Positions 30,173 to 40,493 of a stretch of 64,000 bases of DNA are shown in pieces (position 1 is the first letter of the stretch; each line of letters starts with the position of its first letter). Position numbers and translations under genes: made by a program. The notes beneath the pieces were generated by a model. The model saw nothing but the letters and a program-made list of their open reading frames with translations, ran no database searches and was not told where the DNA came from. The stretch is from a bacterium (GTDB lineage: Bacteria; Zhuqueibacterota; Zhuqueibacteria; Residuimicrobiales; Krinioviventaceae): assembly GCA_963674595.2 (NCBI GenBank), contig CAXXFV010000016.1:160001-224000 (forward strand). Direction: 5' to 3'.

Positions 30173-32554
30173 ATGAATAATCATGAAAAAAAAATGAATC
30201 GGGGAAAAACGGACCTGGAAATGATTAGTAGCATATCCGGCCTATTTGTAGAAAAAAAGGATCCAACCGAGTTATTCCCAAAAGTTGCAAAGATTCTGTG
30301 TAAAGAATTTGATTGTTCTGCTTCCTTAATAGAACTAAAAGATGAAAAATCAAATGAAATGGTGCTGATCGGCCAATATGGATTTTCTTATAAAAGAAAA
30401 AATCCTTTTCGTGTGTCGATTGACAATACCTTTTCTGAAAAGGTTGTTAATACCGGAAAAGATTTTTTTACAACCCAGGGAGTAACAATAAATCCATCCC
30501 TTAAAACGTTATTTAAAGAATTGAAATTTAAAACACAGGCCAGTGTTGCTATAAAATCCGATAATAACGTCCTTGGAGTTATATCAATATTTGATTTAAC
30601 AGTAAAGCCGGAACTGGAAGAACGAATTGGATTGATGAAAATTGTATCGGTGTTTTTGGGGCAAGAGATCGTTCGCGGGGAAACAGAAAAGGCATTGAAA
30701 AAAAGTGAAACTTTTTTTCTTTCCTTTTTAGATCAGATACCGGCAGCTATTAAAATTAAAAACAGGAAACTTGAACACGTTTATGCCAACAAGTACTATT
30801 TAGAGATTTTAAATAAAACTCTGAATGAATTTATTGGGACCCGAAATATAGATTTTTATCCACCTAAAATGGCTAAACAGCTTGATGATAGGGATAAAGC
30901 AGCGCTTCTCAGGAGTGAAACTTTAAGCAGTGTTGTAGGCCCTTTTTTAATTAATGGAGAAGAACGATATTATGAGGATTACAAGTTTCCGCTAGAGTTG
31001 GCATCTGGTGAAATTATGAGTGGAACATTTGCTATCAATATTACCAATCGTAGAAAAGCCGAAGCTGCTTTGAGGGATAGCGAAGAAAAGTATCGAACAC
31101 TTTTTAACAATGCACCGATCGGCATTATTACTATTGATAAAGATGGTAATGTTTTGGAATTAAATGAAAAAATACTCGAAATTTTGGGATCACCTTCGGT
31201 TGAAGAAACAAAAAAAATTAATATATTGACTTTTCCCCCATTAGTAAAATCCGGTGTGTCCGAAGCTATTGAAAATTGTATAAAATCGGGTACATATACC
31301 GAATATGTACATGAGTATACTTCCAAGTGGGGGAAGAGAGTCTTTTTGTCCTACCACCTGGCACCGACTTTTGATTCCAAAGGAAAGATAAGTGGTGCAC
31401 AGGCTATTGTAGAAGATGGAACTAGACGAAAGTTGGCGGAAATTCAACTGGAAGAAAGTATTCAGCAACTTAAAATTAAGCAAGCTGAAACCGAAAAATT
31501 GATGGAAAATTTATCAACAGAGGTGGAGGAACGAAAAAAAACTGCCAAACAATTAGAGCAATATATAGCTACTTTAAACAGTATCTTTTTAGCCTCACCC
31601 ATTGGAATTGGTTTGGCTGTAAATCGCAAATTTATTAAAGTCAATAAAGCTATTTGTCGAATGTCCGGCTATACAGAAGATGAATTGTTGGGACAAAGTA
31701 CACGTGTCATTTATCCATCGTTGAACGAGTTTGAACTTGTCGGATATGAAAAATATAGGCAGCTTGAAGAAAAAGGAGCCGGATACCTGGAAACCAAATG
31801 GAAACACAAGGATGGTAAAATTATTGATGTTTTGTTATGTTCTTCACCGATTGATCAAAAAAACCTGGCAGAAGGGATTACTTTTACCGCTGTTGATATT
31901 ACTGAAAGAAAACAACAGGAAGAACAAATTACAAGTTCGCTTGCAGAAAAAGAGGTGCTATTAAAAGAAATTCATCACAGGGTTAAAAATAATCTGCAGA
32001 TTATTATGAGCCTTTTGACACTACAATCAAGAAATATTGCCGATCCGACAATACTTGATCTTTTTAGTGAAAGCCGGAACCGAATTTTTTCCATGGCCCT
32101 GGTTCATGAAAAGTTATATGAATCCAGTGATCTGGCTAAAATTCAATTTGGTGAATATATCAGGACAATGGCACATGAATTATTTTCTACTTATAATGTG
32201 ACGGGAAAATGTCAATTAGAATTAGATATGGAAGATGTTGAATTAGGTATTGATAAAGCAATTCCGTGTGCTTTAATTGTTAACGAACTGATGACAAATG
32301 CCTTAAAATATGCTTATCCGGGTAACAAAAAAGGCAAGATTTTAGTCTGTTTGAAAAAATTATCGAATGGTAAATTAATGCTTGTTGTTTCCGATAAAGG
32401 CGTTGGTCTCCCCGATGGGTTTGATATAAATCTGGTCAAATCTCTTGGAATGCAGTTGATTAAGGTTTTATCAAGACAGATTGATGGTGATTTAGCCTGG
32501 AATGGTAAAAAAGGCACCGAATTTAAAATAGAATTTTCAAGCGAGTTTGATTAG
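30173..32554 (+). CDS. Cytoplasmic GAF-PAS-PAS-PAS HisKA_2 histidine kinase
   Basis: KEIHHRVKNNLQ, VHEKLY, NELMTNALKYA, DKGVG and SLG motifs; PAS/PAC repeats ending DITERK. Confidence 0.92.
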   Translation: MNNHEKKMNRGKTDLEMISSISGLFVEKKDPTELFPKVAKILCKEFDCSASLIELKDEKSNEMVLIGQYGFSYKRKNPFRVSIDNTFSEKVVNTGKDFFTTQGVTINPSLKTLFKELKFKTQASVAIKSDNNVLGVISIFDLTVKPELEERIGLMKIVSVFLGQEIVRGETEKALKKSETFFLSFLDQIPAAIKIKNRKLEHVYANKYYLEILNKTLNEFIGTRNIDFYPPKMAKQLDDRDKAALLRSETLSSVVGPFLINGEERYYEDYKFPLELASGEIMSGTFAINITNRRKAEAALRDSEEKYRTLFNNAPIGIITIDKDGNVLELNEKILEILGSPSVEETKKINILTFPPLVKSGVSEAIENCIKSGTYTEYVHEYTSKWGKRVFLSYHLAPTFDSKGKISGAQAIVEDGTRRKLAEIQLEESIQQLKIKQAETEKLMENLSTEVEERKKTAKQLEQYIATLNSIFLASPIGIGLAVNRKFIKVNKAICRMSGYTEDELLGQSTRVIYPSLNEFELVGYEKYRQLEEKGAGYLETKWKHKDGKIIDVLLCSSPIDQKNLAEGITFTAVDITERKQQEEQITSSLAEKEVLLKEIHHRVKNNLQIIMSLLTLQSRNIADPTILDLFSESRNRIFSMALVHEKLYESSDLAKIQFGEYIRTMAHELFSTYNVTGKCQLELDMEDVELGIDKAIPCALIVNELMTNALKYAYPGNKKGKILVCLKKLSNGKLMLVVSDKGVGLPDGFDINLVKSLGMQLIKVLSRQIDGDLAWNGKKGTEFKIEFSSEFD

Positions 32555-32563
32555 GAGAATTTT

Positions 32564-35500
32564 TTATTCTGAAACAGCCTTTGATGGCCATAAAACGAGT
32601 TTATGTCCGGAAATTTCATATCCTTCATTTTCAAAAACAGGGGCCCAGGCTGATTGGCCGGCAGGAATATTATCGATAGATAAAATTTCTATCTTGTTTT
32701 TCGGCCTTAGCTGAAAAGGCAATTTTAGCCATTGTTTGATCATTTGTGCTGTTATTTGAACCAGCTCATCGGAAAAATATTCTGTTGTATAAATTCGTGA
32801 ACTCTGGTTTTCAAGATAGACAACAGGTTTGTTGTTGAAAAATAACAGATGATTGTTAGCTGTTTTAACGACAGAAATGTGTTCCTGATTTTTATTTTTC
32901 AAATTCCACGGGATATACCCTCCAAAAGGTAATGCCGGATCGCAAACTGAAATTAAAAGCGGAGCGTTTTCTGTTATAGTTACATCCTCTTGAATGTGCT
33001 CCAACATTTTTAATGCATCCGGCAGAGCAAACTGAATGCCGCCCAGTTCTTTAATGAAATAACCTCTTTTAATTTCTCCCGACCATTCCATTTTTTTCAA
33101 GGCTTGAAAAATTTTATACCAGGGTAAAAGCCCCTGTTCATGTCTGTAAAATTCTTTTACAAGAATTCCATACCGTTTTAATAATATTCTGGCCTGTTGT
33201 TCTACCTGTTCTGTTTCAGTTATCAATTTTCCGAAAACAGCAAAGGACGTTGTCGTAAACCACTGTCCATTGAGCGTCAATTGACTTTCTTTCAGTAACG
33301 GGCGGTTTTTTCGTGCAATTCGCCGGTTTGAGTGATACCCGATTCGTGCCGGATTTAGTTCTTTATGCCAGGATGACTCTATTGATTTTGATTGCCTGGT
33401 TGTTACCGGTTTGTATTCCAGAATTTTTTTATATGTAGTAAAAGAATCACAACTGACAAGTCCTTTTTTTACTAGTTGTGACAGGCTAAATTGAATCTGA
33501 AGCGGTGTCAGAGACGTACCCTGTACAATATCTCTTACCGGACTGGTTCCGTTTTCCTGTAAAAAGGAAAACACTGTTTTTGTGTTTTCATCCAGGGTGT
33601 TTACAACCTGCATCAGGGTTTCTTTGTTTATAAAACAGGCGCCTTGCCCTCGTTCGAAAAATTTGAAACAGGGTAACTCTTTTTGATTGTTATAATCTCC
33701 GGTGATGATTATGTCGCCGTTTTTTATCAATTCGGATAACCGGTCATCATTTGATCTGTTTTGTGTTCTGGAACCAATGATTTCTCTTTCAAAAAAATCA
33801 AGAGGTGCCAGGTATCCTGCATATCTGCTGATAATCTCGAACAGATTTTCATTTTTACTATAGAATCGGTGCCGGTTCAAAAGGAACGAGTAAAAAACTG
33901 TTCGGTCGGCTGGTTGGGCAAAATGGCGCTGTTCTGCAATGGACTGACGGTACAAGACACCAAAATTAAATCTGTCGCAATAGTGTTCATCCAAACTGTT
34001 TTTTAAAAGAGTGCCGTATACTATTTTTTCATCCTGATGCAGAGTGTCCAGCGCGTTTTTTATCAAGTTTTTATCCAGCGGCAGAGCTGCTGTTATTTGC
34101 TCAAAGGTTTGCGGACCGTGTGACCGTAGATGCTTTTGTGTTATTGATTTTATGTTTTCGGGAGAAAACGGAGCAATATACAGATTGCGTTCTTCTGTTA
34201 TGACCCAGCCCTGAAATTCGGTTTTTATATAATGAATTCGGTTTTGCTTTTGTAATGTTTGTAACCATAATTCCGGGTCACTCGCCGACCTTTGTTGTAA
34301 TTCAACAGCTTCAATCGGCCCCGTTTTTTCGATAATGTCATACAGTTCCTGTGGATTTTTTGCCTTATATTCAGGGGCTAAAAATTGCCATTTATCCAGA
34401 GATTTTTTTATTTGTTTTTCCGTAATCATGGCCGGAACAGATTCGCGGGATAGAACGTGGGCCAGCATGTCATCATTTATTTCAGCCGCTAAACCCGGCG
34501 TTCGTAAACGGTCTTCTTCATACATGTGCTGGGACAAAAACCGGAAAAGAACACCGGAAGCCATAGGTGATGGCGATGGCGTTTGGATACTGGTTATTTT
34601 GATGGAATTATTGTGGATACCCTCAATAGCTTTTTCAAGTGACACCATATCAAAAACATCCTGAAGGCAATCACGATAGGTTTCGATGAGAATCGGGAAA
34701 TCCGGGTATTTTTGCACTGTTTGTAACAGGTCCGCTGATCTTAAACGCTGAAGCCATAATGGAATACGTTTGCCGATTCTCGATCGCTGTAGTAAAAAGG
34801 CCCGGGTCGCATTTTGACGGAACCGAACTGAAAACAGGGTCGAGTTTGTCAGCACATGTGTTAACTTTATTTTTATTTCACTGAATGGCAAATGAACCAG
34901 GTTTTCGATATCCTGAATTGAAACTTTATCCGGTACCCGGAACAGTAAGGCGTCATTGTCATAAGTAAATTGGATCTGTTCATTAAACTGGTCTTCCATT
35001 ATTGCCGCCAAAGCTGTAGCCCAGGCACCATTTACTTTCCCGCCGAACGTGGTGTGAATGACGAGATGTGGCTCGTTTGTTACATCCTGAAAATATTCGA
35101 TAACAATTTGCTGGTCAGTTGGTAATACACCGGTATGTTTGATTTGTCTGTTAAGATAAGCATAAAGATTCAAGGCAACAGTTTGGTCTGCATGAAATCC
35201 GGAAATAAATGCTGTTTCTTTGCTGTCTAAAAAGGGCAATATTTTTCTGCGAAACCGGCCTGTTTTTATACAAGTCGAATAGTCCTGAAAAGCGGGTTCG
35301 GCTTTCCAGAAAGGCGCACGCGGTCGTTCCGAACTGCGTGGCGTTACAATTATCCGGTCTTGTTTAATTTCTTTGATTTGCCATTCGTTATTACCTAAAA
35401 AGAATATGTCACCGGGTTTGGATTCAAAAACAAACTCTTCTTCCATATCGCCAAGCCGGCGATTTTCCTCCTGAAGATACACGCCGTAATAGGCCCTGTC

Positions 35501-37054
35501 GGCTATCGTGCCGCCGTTCATCACAGATAGCAGCTTTGTACCTCGTTTGGCATAAAGAACATCGTTTATCTTGTCCCAGCTTAATCTGGGTTGCAGGGCA
35601 CGTAATTCGGTTTCTGCATATTTCCCTGTCAGCATTTCAAGGATATTGTTGAACACATTTTCCGAAAGATCACGGTAACAATAACTACTACGGACCAGAT
35701 GAAATAAACCTGGCCGGGAACAGGGCTGCATGCTTGTTTCGGCAGCAATTTGTTGCGAAAGAACATCCAGACAATTTTGGGGAATATGGGTTTCTTCAAT
35801 GTCATTCTTATAGATACTTTGGGTGATGGCAACCGCATCGTCAATATCAGAAGAATAGAGCGGAATAATTCGTCCTTTACTCGTGGAATGGAGTAAATGA
35901 CCGCTGCGGCCGATTCGTTGCAAGGCTGAACTGACGGTTTTCGGCGCCTCCAGATTAATCACAAGGTCAATGCTGCCGATATCAATTCCAAGTTCCAGTG
36001 AGGCGGTCGCAATAGCGGCGGGTATTTTTCCGTTTTTTAGTTTATTTTCTATTTCATAGCGGCTTTCACGTGAAATGGAGCCATGATGCGCCAGGGCGAT
36101 GATCTCTTCTTTATTACCTGTCATTTCAAAATGATGTTCGTTTAGCTGGCGTGCAATTTTTTCTGCCTGAGCACGCATATTAACAAAAACAAGTGTTGTT
36201 TTATGCGTTGTGATATGTTTGTAAAGTGTTTCAATAACAGCAGGCCAAACAGTTGCCTCCGGCAGATCGCTAAAGTCCTGGATGGGTGATATAACTTTTA
36301 CATCCATGTTTCTTCGGTAACCGCAGTCAACAATTTTAACCGGTCTGGGACTTGGTTCTGAATTTTTATCTGAAAAGGATTGACCTCCCAAAAAGGAGGC
36401 TATTCGTTCCAGAGGGCGTTGTGTTGCTGAAAGACCGATTCTGACAGGTGGATTTTTGCAAAGCCCCTCTAAACGTTCCAGGGATAAACTTAGATGCACC
36501 CCGCGTTTGTTGTTACATACGGCATGAATTTCGTCAAGAATGACATATTGAAGGTTTTGAAATAACAATCTGCCCTTGACCGAGGTTAACAGCAAATACA
36601 AAGACTCTGGTGTTGTAATTAAAATATGAGGGGGTTTACGAATCATCGCCTGACGGACATTAGACGGAGTATCTCCTGTTCGAACCGCTGTTCGAATTTC
36701 CGGTATGTCCTGGCCCATCTCCGTTGCTGTTTGTCGAATTCCTTTAAGCGGTGTTTGTAAATTATAATGGATATCGTTATTCAGGGCTTTTAATGGAGAA
36801 ATATACAGTGTGTGAACACCGTTGTGGTTTTTTTCAAAGGTGTTTTTTTCTGTTTCCAGGGCGGTGCATACCAGTTTGTTTATACACCATAAAAAGGCTG
36901 CCAGCGTTTTTCCCGAACCTGTTGGTGCGAAAATTAAACAGTGCTGACCAGCCGCAATAACCGGCCAGCCTTTTTGTTGCGGTGGACTGGATTGTGTAAA
37001 GTGTGATGTAAACCACCGTGAAACTAACGGGTGGAATTTTTTATCGGTCGGCAT
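32564..37054 (-). CDS. lhr: Lhr SF2 helicase, long form with C-terminal winged-helix/glycosylase-like domains
   Basis: APTGSGKT, SPLKALNND, TTPESL, DEIH, LSAT, HHGS, ASLELGIDIG and QRIGRSGH; C-terminal LLKRYG, RGYF and DPA. Confidence 0.92.
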   Translation of the reverse strand: MPTDKKFHPLVSRWFTSHFTQSSPPQQKGWPVIAAGQHCLIFAPTGSGKTLAAFLWCINKLVCTALETEKNTFEKNHNGVHTLYISPLKALNNDIHYNLQTPLKGIRQTATEMGQDIPEIRTAVRTGDTPSNVRQAMIRKPPHILITTPESLYLLLTSVKGRLLFQNLQYVILDEIHAVCNNKRGVHLSLSLERLEGLCKNPPVRIGLSATQRPLERIASFLGGQSFSDKNSEPSPRPVKIVDCGYRRNMDVKVISPIQDFSDLPEATVWPAVIETLYKHITTHKTTLVFVNMRAQAEKIARQLNEHHFEMTGNKEEIIALAHHGSISRESRYEIENKLKNGKIPAAIATASLELGIDIGSIDLVINLEAPKTVSSALQRIGRSGHLLHSTSKGRIIPLYSSDIDDAVAITQSIYKNDIEETHIPQNCLDVLSQQIAAETSMQPCSRPGLFHLVRSSYCYRDLSENVFNNILEMLTGKYAETELRALQPRLSWDKINDVLYAKRGTKLLSVMNGGTIADRAYYGVYLQEENRRLGDMEEEFVFESKPGDIFFLGNNEWQIKEIKQDRIIVTPRSSERPRAPFWKAEPAFQDYSTCIKTGRFRRKILPFLDSKETAFISGFHADQTVALNLYAYLNRQIKHTGVLPTDQQIVIEYFQDVTNEPHLVIHTTFGGKVNGAWATALAAIMEDQFNEQIQFTYDNDALLFRVPDKVSIQDIENLVHLPFSEIKIKLTHVLTNSTLFSVRFRQNATRAFLLQRSRIGKRIPLWLQRLRSADLLQTVQKYPDFPILIETYRDCLQDVFDMVSLEKAIEGIHNNSIKITSIQTPSPSPMASGVLFRFLSQHMYEEDRLRTPGLAAEINDDMLAHVLSRESVPAMITEKQIKKSLDKWQFLAPEYKAKNPQELYDIIEKTGPIEAVELQQRSASDPELWLQTLQKQNRIHYIKTEFQGWVITEERNLYIAPFSPENIKSITQKHLRSHGPQTFEQITAALPLDKNLIKNALDTLHQDEKIVYGTLLKNSLDEHYCDRFNFGVLYRQSIAEQRHFAQPADRTVFYSFLLNRHRFYSKNENLFEIISRYAGYLAPLDFFEREIIGSRTQNRSNDDRLSELIKNGDIIITGDYNNQKELPCFKFFERGQGACFINKETLMQVVNTLDENTKTVFSFLQENGTSPVRDIVQGTSLTPLQIQFSLSQLVKKGLVSCDSFTTYKKILEYKPVTTRQSKSIESSWHKELNPARIGYHSNRRIARKNRPLLKESQLTLNGQWFTTTSFAVFGKLITETEQVEQQARILLKRYGILVKEFYRHEQGLLPWYKIFQALKKMEWSGEIKRGYFIKELGGIQFALPDALKMLEHIQEDVTITENAPLLISVCDPALPFGGYIPWNLKNKNQEHISVVKTANNHLLFFNNKPVVYLENQSSRIYTTEYFSDELVQITAQMIKQWLKLPFQLRPKNKIEILSIDNIPAGQSAWAPVFENEGYEISGHKLVLWPSKAVSE

Positions 37055-37111
37055 ATCTGGAATCCGGATGTTTTTTCAAGATGTGAAATTGTAATTCCCA
37101 AAAAATACACA

Positions 37112-37711
37112 TCAGGGGGTTGTCCAGGAAACCTGATCTGATGTAATATACCCATGATTGGTGATTTTTACATTATGATCATATCCAACAACAACGGTAT
37201 CACTGTCAGATGCTACATAATAAGTTTCTGTTTGAAAAAATGAAGATAATGATGAATCATTTGCCAACGAAACCATTTCAAGGCCTGTTATCCAGGCGTC
37301 TACCTTCTCCGCTTGTCCTTCATGAGACACCTGTATGACAGAACCGATTTGTACCGTATTTCCGCCATAAGCCGGGAAAAAGAGAGTTTGGCTGCCATTC
37401 AGATTCGGACTTTCAATGGAAAGTTCCCGAATAACGAGCAGATGTAACGTCTCATCCATATTAATTTCTACATCTTTAATATAGGATAATTTTCTTGTTT
37501 CAGTATTAAAAGTATAGGCATAGTTCGGATTGCTGAGTTGTAATTCCGGCAGCAGCGTGGAATCTCCTTTAATTACTTTGCCGATGCTGTTTTGATTTAT
37601 TTCTACAAAAACAAACCGGGCACTTTTTTCAGGTTGAACGATAGGCCCAAATTCACATCCGGATAAAAGAATAAATAACATCAGTAAAAACAGGTTTTTT
37701 TTGAACAGCAT
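37112..37711 (-). CDS. Hypothetical lipoprotein
   Basis: ATG 37711 with AGAGG RBS; MLFKKNLFLLMLFILLSG-C lipobox. Confidence 0.7.
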   Translation of the reverse strand: MLFKKNLFLLMLFILLSGCEFGPIVQPEKSARFVFVEINQNSIGKVIKGDSTLLPELQLSNPNYAYTFNTETRKLSYIKDVEINMDETLHLLVIRELSIESPNLNGSQTLFFPAYGGNTVQIGSVIQVSHEGQAEKVDAWITGLEMVSLANDSSLSSFFQTETYYVASDSDTVVVGYDHNVKITNHGYITSDQVSWTTP

Positions 37712-37779
37712 AAGCATCCTCTGGTTTGTTTTTGAAAGTATTAACAATTTTTTGCGGATCATTTAAATTATAACGAGGC

Positions 37780-38298
37780 TTAAACATCTCTTTTTTCAAA
37801 TGTTCCTTTTTCTTTGTTTTTGTAAACCCCGGGCATTTGATGGACTTTACCGTGCATGGATATATAAATACCGGTGCTTAACAAGGTTGAAGCAAGAAGC
37901 GCTTCGGTAAAGTTTTGTAAAGCGTCTGAATTTTCAAAGCCAAAGGGTTTCATGGCGCCTGTCATAACTATGGGACTGGATAAACCTTCCAGATTATTAT
38001 ATAAATATTGTGCCGTCAATTCCATTGTATCTGTCCCGTGAAGTATGATAATCGGGACTTTGTTGTCTAAAAAATATTCAACACCCAAAAGGATCATCTG
38101 CCGGTCTTTATCCGTCATTTCTAATGAATCCTTGCACAGCAGATCATGGTGCTGAATTTGTAAATAGGGCAGACGTAATCTTTTCAACATTTCTTTTAAC
38201 TGAGAACCACGATTCGACAGTGTTCCGCTGTCTTCATCGTAGGTTTTTTCAATTGTCCCCCCGGTCGTCATAATTATTACTTTATGTTTTGTCATCAC
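37780..38298 (-). CDS. Asparaginase N-terminal-domain-only protein
   Basis: TTGGTI, HGTDTM, TGAMKP and SDALQN motifs; 172 aa with no C-terminal domain. Confidence 0.88.
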   Translation of the reverse strand: MMTKHKVIIMTTGGTIEKTYDEDSGTLSNRGSQLKEMLKRLRLPYLQIQHHDLLCKDSLEMTDKDRQMILLGVEYFLDNKVPIIILHGTDTMELTAQYLYNNLEGLSSPIVMTGAMKPFGFENSDALQNFTEALLASTLLSTGIYISMHGKVHQMPGVYKNKEKGTFEKRDV

Positions 38299-38448
38299 TC
38301 TATTTTAGTTAAATGTTTTTGTTTTAATTTAATTATCTAAACTGAAATAACAATAATTTTTTTTAAAAGCAACTTAATCATTGCGTGGGACGATTTTTTT
38401 ATATTAATTATAATTCAAGATTGTTTGAAAACAAAAAGGATCTTTATT

Positions 38449-39099
38449 ATGTCATATATTCGTAACACTCTTTTTTTTTCAATTATTCTGAATCTTGCAT
38501 TTTTAACCTCGATTTTTGCTCAGACTTTAACAAATCAACCTGTCAACCTGTTTAACGGTCAGGACCTTGCCGGCTGGAATATATCTGATTTTGGAACACA
38601 GGGGCCTGTTTATGTTTCCAATGGAAAAATAATTCTTTCTGCCGGTGACGGGTGCACAGGTATTGCTTATAAACAAGATTTTCCGGTAAAAGAGTATGAA
38701 ATTTCATTACAGGCCATGAGACAGCAGGGGAGTGACTTTTTTTGCGGATTAACGTTTCCTGTTGAAAATAGTTTTTGTACTTTTATTGTAGGAGGCTGGG
38801 GCGGAACGGTTGTTGGTTTAAGCAGTCTGGATGGTTTGGATGCCTCTGATAATTTTACAGGGCGATTCAAAAAGTTTACCAACAATCAGTGGTACTCTAT
38901 CCGCGTGAGAGTATTAGAGAATAAAATTACCGCCTGGATAGATGATCAGGAATTTGTCGATGTGGAATATAAAAATTACAAATTATCCGTTCGTTCCGAA
39001 GTGCTGCTCTCCAGACCATTCGGAATTACCTCCTGGAAAACGACTGCGGCCTTACGTGATATCAAATTGACCATTTTAAATAAAGAACTAAAAGAGTAG
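38449..39099 (+). CDS. Secreted DUF1080 (3-keto-glycoside hydratase/hydrolase-like) protein
   Basis: Signal peptide; LFNGQDLAGW; GSDFFCGLTFP; GGWGG..VGLSS.DG.DAS.N; ATG 38449 with AAGGA. Confidence 0.85.
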   Translation: MSYIRNTLFFSIILNLAFLTSIFAQTLTNQPVNLFNGQDLAGWNISDFGTQGPVYVSNGKIILSAGDGCTGIAYKQDFPVKEYEISLQAMRQQGSDFFCGLTFPVENSFCTFIVGGWGGTVVGLSSLDGLDASDNFTGRFKKFTNNQWYSIRVRVLENKITAWIDDQEFVDVEYKNYKLSVRSEVLLSRPFGITSWKTTAALRDIKLTILNKELKE

Positions 39100-39103
39100 T
39101 ACC

Positions 39104-40468
39104 ATGTCTTTTGTATCCATAAATCCGGCGACCGGCAGAATTTCAAAATCCTATGAAACATTAACGTTATCCCAAATTGATACGACGTTAAATAAAGTGC
39201 ATCATGCCGGTTTGGAGTGGAAAAATACTTTATTCCCTCAACGCAGCAGGTATATGAATAACATTGCCGGAATTTTAAAAGACAGGGCTGATGAGTTGTC
39301 CCGCCTGATGGCGCAGGAAATGGGGAAACCTGTGGGTGAAGGACGAGCCGAAATACTCAAATGTGCCTGGGTTTGTGAATATTATGCAAACAACGCCGAA
39401 CAGTTTTTAAAAGACGAGATGATTGGGACAGACGCCCGTTCCAGTTATGTTCGTTTTGATCCATTAGGAACCATACTGGCTATTATGCCCTGGAATTTTC
39501 CCTTTTGGCAGGTGTTTCGATGTGCCGCCCCGGCGCTTATGGCCGGTAATACAATTGTATTAAAGCATGCTCTAAACGTCCCGGAATGTGCACTGGAAAT
39601 TGAGAAAATGTTTTTACAGGCCGGATTTCCTGACGCCTGTTTCAAATCCATGTTTGTGGAAAATAAAATCGTTGATTATATTATTCAAAATCCTGTCATC
39701 AAAGCTGTTACCTTAACGGGCAGCACCCGGGCTGGCAAATCTGTTGCTGCCAAAGCCGGATCACTGTTGAAAAAAACAGTTATGGAATTGGGCGGGAGTG
39801 ATCCGTATATTATTCTGGATGATGCAGACATAGAGTCTGCTGTGGAAATTTGTGTAAAAAGCCGAATGTTAAATTCCGGACAAAGCTGTATTGCCGCAAA
39901 ACGATTTATTGTTGATGACGCGATTAGAAATGATTTTAAAGAATTGTTTGTTGAGCGGATGAAAAAAATTAAAATGGGTGATCCATTTGATCCGGATGTG
40001 AATATAGGTCCTCTGGCACGTTTTGATCTGCGAGATGTGCTCGAATCCCAGGTTAAAAAGAGCATTGAAAAAGGTGCAAAATGTCTGTTAGGCGGTGTTG
40101 TTCCGAAAAGTGCCGGTGCCTATTATCCGCCTACAGTTTTGAACGATGTGGAAAAAGGAATGCCTGCTTTTGATCAGGAGTTGTTCGGCCCTGTGGCGGC
40201 ATTGATTTCTGCGGCTGATGAAACGGAAGCTGTTATAAAAGCAAATGATTCGGCTTATGGACTTGGTGCTGCTGTTTTTACCAAAGATATCGAACGAGCG
40301 GAATTGCTGGCGAAACAACTGGAAAGCGGATGTTGTTTTATTAATGATTTTGTTAAATCCGATCCCCGTTTACCCTTTGGCGGCGTTAAAGAAAGCGGGT
40401 ATGGACGGGAACTTTCGCATTATGGAATTAAAGAATTTGTGAATATAAAAACGGTATACGTTAAATAA
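39104..40468 (+). CDS. NAD(P)-dependent succinate-semialdehyde dehydrogenase-like aldehyde dehydrogenase (Sad/GabD1 type)
   Basis: MPWNFPFWQ, LTGS, ELGGSDP, GQSCIAAKR, ELFGP and PFGGVKESGYGREL. Confidence 0.93.
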   Translation: MSFVSINPATGRISKSYETLTLSQIDTTLNKVHHAGLEWKNTLFPQRSRYMNNIAGILKDRADELSRLMAQEMGKPVGEGRAEILKCAWVCEYYANNAEQFLKDEMIGTDARSSYVRFDPLGTILAIMPWNFPFWQVFRCAAPALMAGNTIVLKHALNVPECALEIEKMFLQAGFPDACFKSMFVENKIVDYIIQNPVIKAVTLTGSTRAGKSVAAKAGSLLKKTVMELGGSDPYIILDDADIESAVEICVKSRMLNSGQSCIAAKRFIVDDAIRNDFKELFVERMKKIKMGDPFDPDVNIGPLARFDLRDVLESQVKKSIEKGAKCLLGGVVPKSAGAYYPPTVLNDVEKGMPAFDQELFGPVAALISAADETEAVIKANDSAYGLGAAVFTKDIERAELLAKQLESGCCFINDFVKSDPRLPFGGVKESGYGRELSHYGIKEFVNIKTVYVK

Positions 40469-40493
40469 CTTTATGATTTTCAGGAGACAAATC

